Shown here piece after piece: positions 30,955 through 42,625 of a DNA stretch of 64,000 bases. The stretch's first letter is position 1, and every line of letters begins with the position of its first letter. The position numbers and the translations under genes were made by a program. The DNA is from a bacterium (GTDB taxonomy: Bacteria > Hinthialibacterota > Hinthialibacteria > Hinthialibacterales > Hinthialibacteraceae), in NCBI GenBank assembly GCA_041946805.1, contig JBHGBC010000001.1, positions 64,001 to 128,000 on the forward strand, read 5' to 3'. The notes beneath the pieces are model-generated. The model made no database searches. It worked only from the letters and a program-made list of their open reading frames with translations, and was not told where the DNA came from.

Positions 30955-32814
30955 ATGACACTCCGGATCGACCAGCCCCCCGCTCCACACGATTCCTGGA
31001 TGCCTCAGTCCAGCGACCTCGCCCTGGCCGCCGGGCTACTGGCGGTCCTGGCCGTCCTCGCCCCGTTGTTTCCTCAACTGGTGCACCCCGGCTTTGCGTT
31101 CTTTTTCCGTTCCACGTTGTTTCTCCTCCTGGGACTCTGGGGATACCGGCTCGGCGTGGCGGAAGTGGCCCGGCGTCTCGTGGTTTCACCCTTGTTCTGG
31201 CCCGCCCTGCTGCTGTTCCTGCTGCTGCTCGCGGGGCTCTTTTATACACCCAATGTATACCGCGCCAAGGCCAAACTGTCCCTGCTTCTGGCCGCCGGCC
31301 TGCTTTACGGGACGGCGTATTTGTGGCCCCGGGACGACCAGGCGCGCCGGTGGGTCTGCGGCGGCCTGCTGCTCGGGGGATGTCTCGCGGCTTTGCACGC
31401 GCTTATCACCCAATGGCTGGGGCATGGCGCGTTGATCGAAACGATCAAAACCAATCCGCTCTACCCGGCCGACATGCGCGAGGAAATGATCCGTTCGCTC
31501 CAGGCCAACCGGGCGCTGGGGCGCTTCGGCAATCCCAACCATCTGGCCGGGTATCTGGCGTTGTGCGTTTGGCCCTTGTGGATTTTATGGAAAGCCCGGG
31601 GGCCGCGGTGGCAACGGATACTCCTGCTGGGCGCCGCCGCGCTCCTCGCCTGGGGCATCTACCGCACGTATTCCCGCAGCGGACTGATCGCGCTGGCCGC
31701 CACGGTGGCCTTGACCACGGGATATGAACTCCACCGCCGGGGCGTCCGCTTCTCCTGGAAATCCGCCTTGGGCGCGGCCGTGGGACTCCTGATCCTGGCC
31801 GCGGGATTCTTCACCCTGCTGCCCGTCCATTGGCTGGGCGGACGGTTGATGACGGTCTCCACCATCGTCGCGCGCGTCCACTTTTTCCGGGGCGGCGTGG
31901 CCATCATCCGGGACCACCCCTGGCTGGGCGTGGGTCCGGAAGGCTTCGAAGGATTCTATTGCGCCTACCTGCGACCGGGAGATCTCGAATCGCGGTACGT
32001 GCACAACGTGCTTTTGGAAATGGGAGTGGAAGGAGGGATCGCAGGAGTATGGCTCTTCTTCTGGCTGCTCCTCGTTACCATCCATTGCCTGCGAGGGGCG
32101 CAACGCCCAGCCAAGAACGATGCGCCCTATCCCTTCGCGGCACGGGGAGCGGTTCTGACATTTCTCCTGCTCTCCCTGGTCGATTTTCACAACAATTTAA
32201 TGGAAATGTGGCTGGTCCCCGCGTTCCTGGCCGGTATCGCCACGGCGCGGCATATCCCCTCCGATGCTCCACCGCCCAATGAATGGCGCACTTTGGGACA
32301 AGCCGCGAAAGGAGCGTCCGCCCTCTTCGCCGCCGGGCTGGTGGCTGTGTGGATCATCCTGGTCCTGCTCCGCTTCTGGAATGAAACCTACAAGGGCAAC
32401 GCGTATTTTCTGGCCCTCGACGGACAGAAACCGGCCGCCCAGGCAGCGTATGAACGCGCTGTTTTTTTTGACCGGACCGATGCCGAATCGTGGAACCACC
32501 TGGGCTACCTCTGGGCCGATACGCCCGGCCCCGCCGCGGTTTTCGAACGCCTCGCCTGCCTGAAACAATCGGTCCGCTGGTCGCCCCGCAGCGCCGCCTA
32601 CCGCGCCGATTACGCCGACGCCCTCTTCGCCGCCGGCCACACCGGCCCAGCCCTGGAACAACTCCAAACCGCCCAACTTCTTTTTCCCTCCCGCCCCATT
32701 TATCATGAAAGGCTGGCCCGGTATTACCGCCTGCTCGGCCGGGACGCCGAAGCCACCGAACTGGAACAAAAAGCCCAACACCTGAAAGAACTAATCGAGG
32801 CACACCGCATATGA
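30955..32814 (+). CDS. O-antigen ligase/Wzy_C-family membrane protein with C-terminal TPRs
   Basis: GRFGNPNHLAGY, TYSRSG, HPWLGVGPEGF, VHNVLLE..VEGG; TPR-like helical tail. Confidence 0.85.
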   Translation: MTLRIDQPPAPHDSWMPQSSDLALAAGLLAVLAVLAPLFPQLVHPGFAFFFRSTLFLLLGLWGYRLGVAEVARRLVVSPLFWPALLLFLLLLAGLFYTPNVYRAKAKLSLLLAAGLLYGTAYLWPRDDQARRWVCGGLLLGGCLAALHALITQWLGHGALIETIKTNPLYPADMREEMIRSLQANRALGRFGNPNHLAGYLALCVWPLWILWKARGPRWQRILLLGAAALLAWGIYRTYSRSGLIALAATVALTTGYELHRRGVRFSWKSALGAAVGLLILAAGFFTLLPVHWLGGRLMTVSTIVARVHFFRGGVAIIRDHPWLGVGPEGFEGFYCAYLRPGDLESRYVHNVLLEMGVEGGIAGVWLFFWLLLVTIHCLRGAQRPAKNDAPYPFAARGAVLTFLLLSLVDFHNNLMEMWLVPAFLAGIATARHIPSDAPPPNEWRTLGQAAKGASALFAAGLVAVWIILVLLRFWNETYKGNAYFLALDGQKPAAQAAYERAVFFDRTDAESWNHLGYLWADTPGPAAVFERLACLKQSVRWSPRSAAYRADYADALFAAGHTGPALEQLQTAQLLFPSRPIYHERLARYYRLLGRDAEATELEQKAQHLKELIEAHRI

Positions 32815-33728
32815 CCGCCGCCGCCCCCTTCCCCGCCCCCCGCGTGACGCGCGAACGCCGCAAAACCTCGCAGGTCACGGTCCGGAACATCCGCGTCGGG
32901 GGAGACGCCCCCATCGCCGTCCAGACCATGGTCAAGGTCCCGACCACCGGCTACGACGCGGTGATGCGGGAAATCGAAGCGTCCATGACCATCTACCCCG
33001 AAGATCTGCCGGAAAGGGAACAAAACATCCTCAAGGAAATCCAATGCTGGGAAGATGCCTGTGCTCTGGCCCCCTTCCATTGCGACATCACCCGGGTCAG
33101 CGTGCCCGACGAGGATTCCGCCGGGACGTTTGCGCGCATCGTCCGGAATTCGCCGATTCCCATTGTTTCCGACATCCACTTCCGCCCTCCCATGGCCCTG
33201 GCGGCGCTCGAGGCGGGAACCGACAAGCTGCGCATCAATCCCGGTAACATCCGCGATCCCAAATTGCTGCGGCGCATCGCCCGCGAAGCCATGGACCGCA
33301 AGACTCCCATCCGCGTGGGTGTCAACGCCGGCTCGCTCGACAAGAACCTGCTGGACCGCTACGGTAACCACTCGGCCGAGGCGCTGGCCTTGAGCGCGGC
33401 CAACTCCGTGCGGCTGATGGAAGAGGAGGGCGTCACGGACATCGTGGTGTCGCTGAAGGCCAACGACGCCCGCTGGACGGTGGACGCCTACCGCATCTTC
33501 GCCGAAAAATCCACCTATCCCCTGCACCTGGGCGTCACCGAGGCGGGATGCGGCCGCGCGGCCGTCGTCAACTCCTGGGCCGGCCTGGGCACGCTGCTGC
33601 AGATGGGCATCGGCGACACCATCCGCATTTCGCTGACCGAGGATTCCCGCCTGGAAGTGGTGGTGGGGCACCTCTTGCTGCATTACCTGGGCCTGCCGCG
33701 CTACACCACCCCCGGCGGGGAGGCCTGA
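32811..33728 (+). CDS. ispG: IspG (HMBPP synthase) TIM-barrel domain only; C-terminal Fe-S domain absent
   Basis: VGGDAPIAVQTM, SDIHF, KLRINPGNI, IRVGVNAGSL, PLHLGVTEAG, GIGDTIRISLT; stops before the usual CPxCGR motif. Confidence 0.85.
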   Translation: MTAAAPFPAPRVTRERRKTSQVTVRNIRVGGDAPIAVQTMVKVPTTGYDAVMREIEASMTIYPEDLPEREQNILKEIQCWEDACALAPFHCDITRVSVPDEDSAGTFARIVRNSPIPIVSDIHFRPPMALAALEAGTDKLRINPGNIRDPKLLRRIAREAMDRKTPIRVGVNAGSLDKNLLDRYGNHSAEALALSAANSVRLMEEEGVTDIVVSLKANDARWTVDAYRIFAEKSTYPLHLGVTEAGCGRAAVVNSWAGLGTLLQMGIGDTIRISLTEDSRLEVVVGHLLLHYLGLPRYTTPGGEA

Positions 33729-34004
33729 CATTCAGGTAACGAACGAAATCCTTTCCCCCTTGAGTAAACCTGTTTTAGTATGATTTCTCCCCGCGATGCC
33801 ATCCTCGCGAAAGCGGGGATCCAGCTATTGTAGGGCAGGCGGTTCGCCCGCCCGGTTCTTTTTCTTTTCGTCCTGGTTTGATTCCTTCCCCGAGGACCGG
33901 GGGAGACGAGGAGGGGGATTGACGAGCCTCTTCCGGCCCGGCCAAGGACCAGATGATAGCCGCCTTGGATTTTTAACTCAGGAAAACAACAACCATCGCC
34001 CGCC

Positions 34005-34553
34005 TCATGCCTTCGCGGACACGGCGGTCTCTTCATCGGCGGTGATGTGTTCCAACGCCCGGGCGGCCAGCAGGGCGAAGCGGGATTTGCCGTTGGCGAT
34101 CTGCTGTAGAATGGGGATGGCGGGGGCCGCCCGCAGGTCTTCCAAGAGATAAATCAGGTTGGGATCGATCTTGCCGGTTTTCCGCTGATCATCCAGGATT
34201 TCGATGAGAGCCTGAATTTCCGGCTCTTGCGCGTGCTTGCGGAGATAGACGAACGCCAACCGGGATTCGGCGTGCACGGGGCTGCCCACCCGCTCCACCC
34301 GCTCCCGGGGTGACAGTCCCGCCGCCCAGGCTGCCGCCCGCTTTTCCAGGCGGCCGGCGTAAATCACGAAACCCGCCGCGGCGAGCAGCAACAGCACCGC
34401 GCTGCCCACCACCACGCCGAAAAAGAGCGGCGAATCGAACAACTTCGCGATGGGCATGTACGTATCGAAGAAGCCCTCTTCCTCGTTCACCTGGGCGAAC
34501 GCGGCCACGGAGGACAGGAGGAGCACGGCCAAGGCGCAAGCTCGGTTCATCAT
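34005..34553 (-). CDS. Small membrane protein with HEAT-like helical C-terminus
   Basis: Signal peptide, one TM helix, then LEDLRAAPAIPIL...AARALE; starts just after the nadE stop. Confidence 0.6.
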   Translation of the reverse strand: MMNRACALAVLLLSSVAAFAQVNEEEGFFDTYMPIAKLFDSPLFFGVVVGSAVLLLLAAAGFVIYAGRLEKRAAAWAAGLSPRERVERVGSPVHAESRLAFVYLRKHAQEPEIQALIEILDDQRKTGKIDPNLIYLLEDLRAAPAIPILQQIANGKSRFALLAARALEHITADEETAVSAKA

Positions 34554-34563
34554 CGGTTTCCCA

Positions 34564-36342
34564 TTACGATCGGTATTTGTTGGTGACCGGCAGGCGGCGG
34601 TCGCTGCCAAACGCCTTCGAAGTCACCCGCAAGACAATGGCGGCCTGCCGGCGTTTGTATTCCGCCCGGTCCACCAGGTTGACCACCCGCTTGACCATCT
34701 CCACATCGTATCCCAGCTCCACGATTTCGGCAATGCTGCAATCCTGTTCGATGTAGGCATGCAGAATGCCGTCCAACCAATCGTATTCCGGCAAACTGTC
34801 CGTGTCGAACTGGTTCTCGCGCAGTTCGGCCGAGGGCGGCTTCACCAATATGTTCTCCGGAATGAGCGGCCGGCCCGCCGTCCGGTTGCGGTACCGGCTC
34901 ATGGCGTACACCCAGGTCTTGGGCACGTCGCCGATGACCGCCAGCCCCCCGCACATGTCGCCGTACAGCGTGGCGTATCCCACCGCCAGTTCCGACTTGT
35001 TGCCCGTCGCCAGCACCAGGTACCCGAATTTGTTGGACAACGCCATCAGGATATTGCCGCGGATGCGGGACTGCAGGTTCTCCTCGGTGATGTCGGGCGC
35101 GCGGCCCTGGAATTCCTCTTGCAACAGTTCGAGATACCGGGTGAAGAGCGGCTCGATGGCGAACCGCTTGAACCGGATGCCCAGATTGCGGGCCAACTGC
35201 TCGGCATCGGTCTGGCTGTGTGCCGAGGAAAAATGGCTGGGCATGGAGACTCCCACCACCGCGCCGCTCCCCAGGGCGTCGGCGGCGATGACGGCCACCA
35301 GGGCGGAATCGATGCCCCCGCTGAGGCCGACGACCACTTCGTGAAATCCGTTTTTCCGCACGTAATCCCGCACTCCGAGCACCAGCGCCTGGTAGGCTTC
35401 CGCGATGGGGTCGTGGGAGCGGACAACCGGTTGCGGCAGAAAGGGATTGCGGCTCAGGTCGAGGGCCGATGCGGTTTTGGCGACCGCCGCCGTGCGCCCC
35501 GGCGAATCGATCAGCCGCACCGGCTCGCGGCCGGGCATTTCGCTCGGCACGACATCCCGCTGGATGGGCACCGCCAGCCGCCCGCGGTTGATTTCCTCGA
35601 AGCGGATGTCCGCCACGATCAGATCTTCCTCGAAGGCCCGGGCCTGGGCCAGGATCTGCCCCTGCGGCGAGACGATCAGGCTGTTGCCGTCGAAGATCAG
35701 CTCATCCTGCCCCCCCACCTGGTTGCAAAACACCATGCCGATGGCATGGTCCTGGCACCGGCTCTTCACCAGGGTTTCGCGTTCCAGGCCGCGGTTGACG
35801 CTGAAGGGCGAGGCGGAGAGGCAGACGATCAGGTCCAGCCCGGCAGTGGCGATGTTGGCCACGGTTTCCGGATGCCACACGTCCTCGCAGATCAACACGC
35901 CCACGCGGGCGATGTCCGTCTCGAAAACCGAGAGGAACTCCCCGCGCCGGAAATAACGCTTCTCGTCGAAGACCCGGTAATTGGGCAGCCCCACCTTGCG
36001 GGCGAAATCCACCAGGCGGCCGTCATGGATCACGGCGGCGGCGTTGTAACTGTCGCCCGCGCGGATCACCAGGCCCGCCACCACCAGTAGGCCCTCCGTC
36101 TCGGGGATGATTTGTTCGAGATACTCCCGCTGGTCGGAGATGAACTGGGTCTTGAGCAGCAGGTCCTTGGGCGGATAGCCGCAGACGGCCAGCTCGGGAA
36201 ACGCGAGGATCTGGATCTCCCGCTCCCGCGCCCGGCGGATCCAATCCCGGATTTTTTGGGTGTTGCCCGGCAGATCGCCGACCGTGGTGTTGATCTGGGC
36301 GGCGCCCACGCGGATGAAGGAGGTGGATCGGTTCGCTGTCAT
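34564..36342 (-). CDS. nadE: Glutamine-dependent NAD+ synthetase
   Basis: Nitrilase domain (FPEL..GYPP.DL, LPNY.VFDEKRYF, ICEDVW) plus GLSGGIDS, ENLQSRIRG, TGNKSE, KPPSAEL. Confidence 0.96.
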   Translation of the reverse strand: MTANRSTSFIRVGAAQINTTVGDLPGNTQKIRDWIRRAREREIQILAFPELAVCGYPPKDLLLKTQFISDQREYLEQIIPETEGLLVVAGLVIRAGDSYNAAAVIHDGRLVDFARKVGLPNYRVFDEKRYFRRGEFLSVFETDIARVGVLICEDVWHPETVANIATAGLDLIVCLSASPFSVNRGLERETLVKSRCQDHAIGMVFCNQVGGQDELIFDGNSLIVSPQGQILAQARAFEEDLIVADIRFEEINRGRLAVPIQRDVVPSEMPGREPVRLIDSPGRTAAVAKTASALDLSRNPFLPQPVVRSHDPIAEAYQALVLGVRDYVRKNGFHEVVVGLSGGIDSALVAVIAADALGSGAVVGVSMPSHFSSAHSQTDAEQLARNLGIRFKRFAIEPLFTRYLELLQEEFQGRAPDITEENLQSRIRGNILMALSNKFGYLVLATGNKSELAVGYATLYGDMCGGLAVIGDVPKTWVYAMSRYRNRTAGRPLIPENILVKPPSAELRENQFDTDSLPEYDWLDGILHAYIEQDCSIAEIVELGYDVEMVKRVVNLVDRAEYKRRQAAIVLRVTSKAFGSDRRLPVTNKYRS

Positions 36343-36454
36343 GATCGTCGGCGGGGACCTCGGCCCCTAGCGCCCGGGATAGTTGACCGGGACTCGCCCC
36401 GTTCGTCAAGCCTCTGCTCTGGCTCCATTCGGCATTCCAGAATGGTTTCCCTGC

Positions 36455-38296
36455 TCATGGCTTGATGATCCGCTGGGGCTTCTGGGGATCCCGAAAATCC
36501 AGGATCAGGGACCATTCCCGCCATTCGGCCTTGAACAACCCGCTGCCGTATTGCGATTGCGTGAAGGGACTGGAAAAGAGTTGAAAGGACGGATCCCGGG
36601 GCGGATCCATCACCCGGCCGTTGACCTGGAACTCGCCGCCGTCGAGGGGGAACAGAAACACATCCCCCCGGCGGGACACGTAGGTCACCGAATCCGTGTC
36701 GATTTCCAGCGGGGATTGCAGGACATCCTTCTTGAATTGCTCGAAGGAGGCGAAATGGGCGGCCTCCTCGACTTCCAATAACAAGCCGGCGTTCAAATCC
36801 TGGAAGGCCAGGATCGAGGCGTTGTCGATGAAACTCTGGCGGGATTCCGCGGTCCGCCACCAGTACCCGCGTCCGGTGATGGGCCGGAACGCCATGAAGA
36901 CATCCCCCAGGCGGGCAAACCACCACGCCTCTTCCTGCGACACGGCCACGAACGCATCCGGAATCCAGACCCGGGTGGGGAGCTGGACATGACGGAGGTC
37001 GGCCCGGTTCCCCGTTTTGCCGGCATCGGCCCGCTTCCGGTCGGACCGGTGATACTGGCAAAACAGCACGTTTTTGTATTGCAGGCAGGTGCTGTTCCAT
37101 AGGTAATACTCCCCATTCAGGGGGGGGCGGCTGCCACTGAACAACTGGTCTCCCGTGAAGGAGAAGAAATGATGCCCCATCCCTTCCGCGTCCGTCACCA
37201 AGAGGTCCCAGGGCCGGGATTGCCAGGGAACCGGTTCGTCCCGCAGGTAAAAGGAACCCAAAATGAAGGAAGGCGCCGCGTACTGATAGAGAAAGCCCGC
37301 ATCGGAATCCGTGGAACCGGCCAGGGCGCGGTGGTAGCGGTTCTTGATCTCATACGCGCCCCGCCCCGCCGGATCGCACGCCAGGCGGACCAGCACGGGC
37401 GGCGGGCGATACCCGGTGTGCCCCAGGATCAAGGTCAAGGCGTTGATCGCGCCGTCCGGACCCGGGGGCAGGGGATCGCCGAACCAAAGGGTGTGCAGCC
37501 GTTCGCCCGGCAACGGGCCGAGCGACTCGAACGACCGCAGCCGCGCGCCGCCCCAGTGACCGCGAATCGATTCCTGGGCCAGATCGGCGGTGATGTAATC
37601 GCACACCGCATCGGCCTTGGTGCGCAACAGGCCGTCGCCGGTGAAGTCCCGCAGATTGAGCAAGGCCGCCAGGATATAGCTGGTATAGACCGAACCGCGC
37701 TCTTCCAGGCCCTGGCGCAGGCGCCGGTCGAGCCATTGATGGGCGTCTTTTTGATATTGACTCAACAGGGCTTTGTTGGTCATCGTGTTCGGCCAGGCGA
37801 ATTCCGGAGTCGTGTCGGCCACGTGCTGCGCCCATAACAGCAGGAGCGACGTTTCCAGGATTTGGCGGCTTTCCGGCGAATAGGGATCGGCCATGGGCGA
37901 CAGCGAGGCGGTCTCCCGGTTCAGGATGAAGTCCGCCATTTGCCGTTCCAAGTGATTCCGCGCCGCCGCTTCCAGCCGGTTTTCCTGCTGGGCATACCCC
38001 CGCAGAATCCGGAGAATTACCGGATATTGCAGCAGGCTGGCTTCCCGGTCATCGAAGGTTTGGAGCAGCTGGTTGGCGCGGGGAAGGTCCCGGTTCAAAA
38101 ACAGCAGAGCGGCCCCCACTTCCATGGAGGCGCCGGACACCGTGGCGGCGATTTCCTCCAGGCATTGGATCTGCCGCTCCGGGAATTGGCGGATCCGGCT
38201 TTGCGCGTCCTCTTCCACGGCGGCCGCGCCCAGGCTGATCCCGGCGCAACCGGCCCCTACGAGACACGCCATATAGACAGGACGGAAAAATCTCAT
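36455..38296 (-). CDS. Exported protein of unknown function (helical N-terminal and beta-rich C-terminal halves)
   Basis: 613-aa ORF with signal peptide and codon style like its neighbours, between gyrB and nadE. Confidence 0.7.
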   Translation of the reverse strand: MRFFRPVYMACLVGAGCAGISLGAAAVEEDAQSRIRQFPERQIQCLEEIAATVSGASMEVGAALLFLNRDLPRANQLLQTFDDREASLLQYPVILRILRGYAQQENRLEAAARNHLERQMADFILNRETASLSPMADPYSPESRQILETSLLLLWAQHVADTTPEFAWPNTMTNKALLSQYQKDAHQWLDRRLRQGLEERGSVYTSYILAALLNLRDFTGDGLLRTKADAVCDYITADLAQESIRGHWGGARLRSFESLGPLPGERLHTLWFGDPLPPGPDGAINALTLILGHTGYRPPPVLVRLACDPAGRGAYEIKNRYHRALAGSTDSDAGFLYQYAAPSFILGSFYLRDEPVPWQSRPWDLLVTDAEGMGHHFFSFTGDQLFSGSRPPLNGEYYLWNSTCLQYKNVLFCQYHRSDRKRADAGKTGNRADLRHVQLPTRVWIPDAFVAVSQEEAWWFARLGDVFMAFRPITGRGYWWRTAESRQSFIDNASILAFQDLNAGLLLEVEEAAHFASFEQFKKDVLQSPLEIDTDSVTYVSRRGDVFLFPLDGGEFQVNGRVMDPPRDPSFQLFSSPFTQSQYGSGLFKAEWREWSLILDFRDPQKPQRIIKP

Positions 38297-38428
38297 GCCA
38301 TGCGTCTCTGCGGGAAGCGGGATCCTTCCGCCCGAAAGGACACCCCGGCGGAGGCATGGAGCCGGAATCTCTCCCCCGGCCCGCGGCCCGCGTTCACGGG
38401 AAATTCAAATGGTCTGGAGCCCCCGCCC

Positions 38429-40987
<2,559 letters not shown>

Positions 40988-41296
40988 TCATCAGGTCTAT
41001 CGCAGTCCGGTACGCCTCGAACCCGGGCATGAAATGATTCTGGATCGAGAATAGGAATGTCTAAACTACATAAGTATAATGGAATGAGTTATAAACGTCA
41101 AGATTCGCAAACTGGCCCCCTCCCCGCGAAATGCATTCTCTCCAAGTTACGTCCCTTATGGCAGTTAGGTATAATTGAGTAGAATGCCCGCGGGTTCCCC
41201 ACGGCGTCCGGCGGGATGCCGCCCGGGGATTTTTCCGCTCCCGGGATTTCGCCCGATTTCCCCGGCGGGTTTGTAGAAAAGGAAATCTTCACCGCC

Positions 41297-42466
41297 ATGA
41301 CCACCCGACTCCTCCTTCTGGGCTCCACGGGTTCCATCGGCCGCCAATGCCTGGAGGTGGTGCGCGCGCATTCCGGCCGCTTTGAGATCGCAGCGCTGGC
41401 CACCAACACCCGGCACGAAGCCCTGCTGGAACAATACCGCGAATTTGAACCCCGCTATCTCGCCATCGCCGACGAAACCGCGGCGCGCCAATTCCCCCGC
41501 CACCTCCTGCGGGACGGCACGGTGTTTCTGTCCGGCCCGGACGCGTTGACCGAACTGATCCGCGGCGCCGAGGCCGACGTGGCGGTCATCGCCACCGTGG
41601 GCGCCGCCGGATTCCGGCCCACTTTCGCGGCGGTCGAGGCGGGCCGGCGCGTCGCCCTGGCCAACAAGGAAGTGCTGGCCATGGCTGGCGGCCTCCTGAT
41701 GCAAAGCGCCCGTTCCCGGGGCGTGCCCATCATCCCCATCGACAGCGAACACAGCGCCGTCATGCAATGCCTCCAGTGCGGCGAAGCCGGCGAAGTCGAA
41801 CGGATCATCCTCACCGCCTCGGGCGGCCCCTTCCGGGGTAAAAAACCTTCCGAATTCGAAAACGTCTCCATCCAGGAAGCCTTGAAACATCCCACCTGGG
41901 CCATGGGAGCCAAGATCACCATCGATTCGGCCACCCTCTTCAACAAGGGCCTGGAAGTCATCGAGGCCCATCATTTGTTCAACATGCCCCTGGACCGCAT
42001 CGACGTCGTCGTGCATCCCCAATCCATCATCCATTCCATGGTCGAATTCCGCGACGGTTCGATCCTGGCCCAACTCGGCGACGCTGACATGCGTACTCCC
42101 ATCCAGTACGCCCTCTCCTATCCCCGCCGGATTTCCCGCTCCGGCCGCAAACTGAACCTCCTGGACATCGCCCAACTCACCTTTTTCCCGCCGGATCTCC
42201 AGAGCTTCCGCTGCCTCGCCATCGCCTACGAGGCCGCGCGCGTGGGCGGCACCATGCCGGCCTATATGTCGGTGGCCAACGAGGAACTGGTGGACGCCTA
42301 TCTGAAAGACAAAATCTGTTTCGGCGCCATCCCCCGCTTCTTGGAAGAAAGCCTGAGCCATCACGCCGTGATCCAGGACTACACGCTGGACGACATCCAC
42401 GCCGTGGACCGTGAATCCCGCCGGGTGACGCGCGAAATCATCGCCCGCGCCCGCGTCAAGCGGTAA
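41297..42466 (+). CDS. dxr: 1-deoxy-D-xylulose 5-phosphate reductoisomerase
   Basis: LGSTGSIG, LANKE, PIDSEHSA, TASGGPF, HPTWAMGAKITIDSAT..NKGLEVIEA. Confidence 0.97.
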   Translation: MTTRLLLLGSTGSIGRQCLEVVRAHSGRFEIAALATNTRHEALLEQYREFEPRYLAIADETAARQFPRHLLRDGTVFLSGPDALTELIRGAEADVAVIATVGAAGFRPTFAAVEAGRRVALANKEVLAMAGGLLMQSARSRGVPIIPIDSEHSAVMQCLQCGEAGEVERIILTASGGPFRGKKPSEFENVSIQEALKHPTWAMGAKITIDSATLFNKGLEVIEAHHLFNMPLDRIDVVVHPQSIIHSMVEFRDGSILAQLGDADMRTPIQYALSYPRRISRSGRKLNLLDIAQLTFFPPDLQSFRCLAIAYEAARVGGTMPAYMSVANEELVDAYLKDKICFGAIPRFLEESLSHHAVIQDYTLDDIHAVDRESRRVTREIIARARVKR

Positions 42467-42625
42467 ATCCCTCCGGCCATCCCCTGCCTCTGTCTCCATC
42501 CCCCCCATCCTGGGATCCCCTTGCCAAAATACCCAAACAAATATAAGAATGACTAGATTTATATAACAACTCATCTTTGATTCATCCCCCAGATACAATC
42601 CTTCGCGAAACAGGAAAGGCCGATC

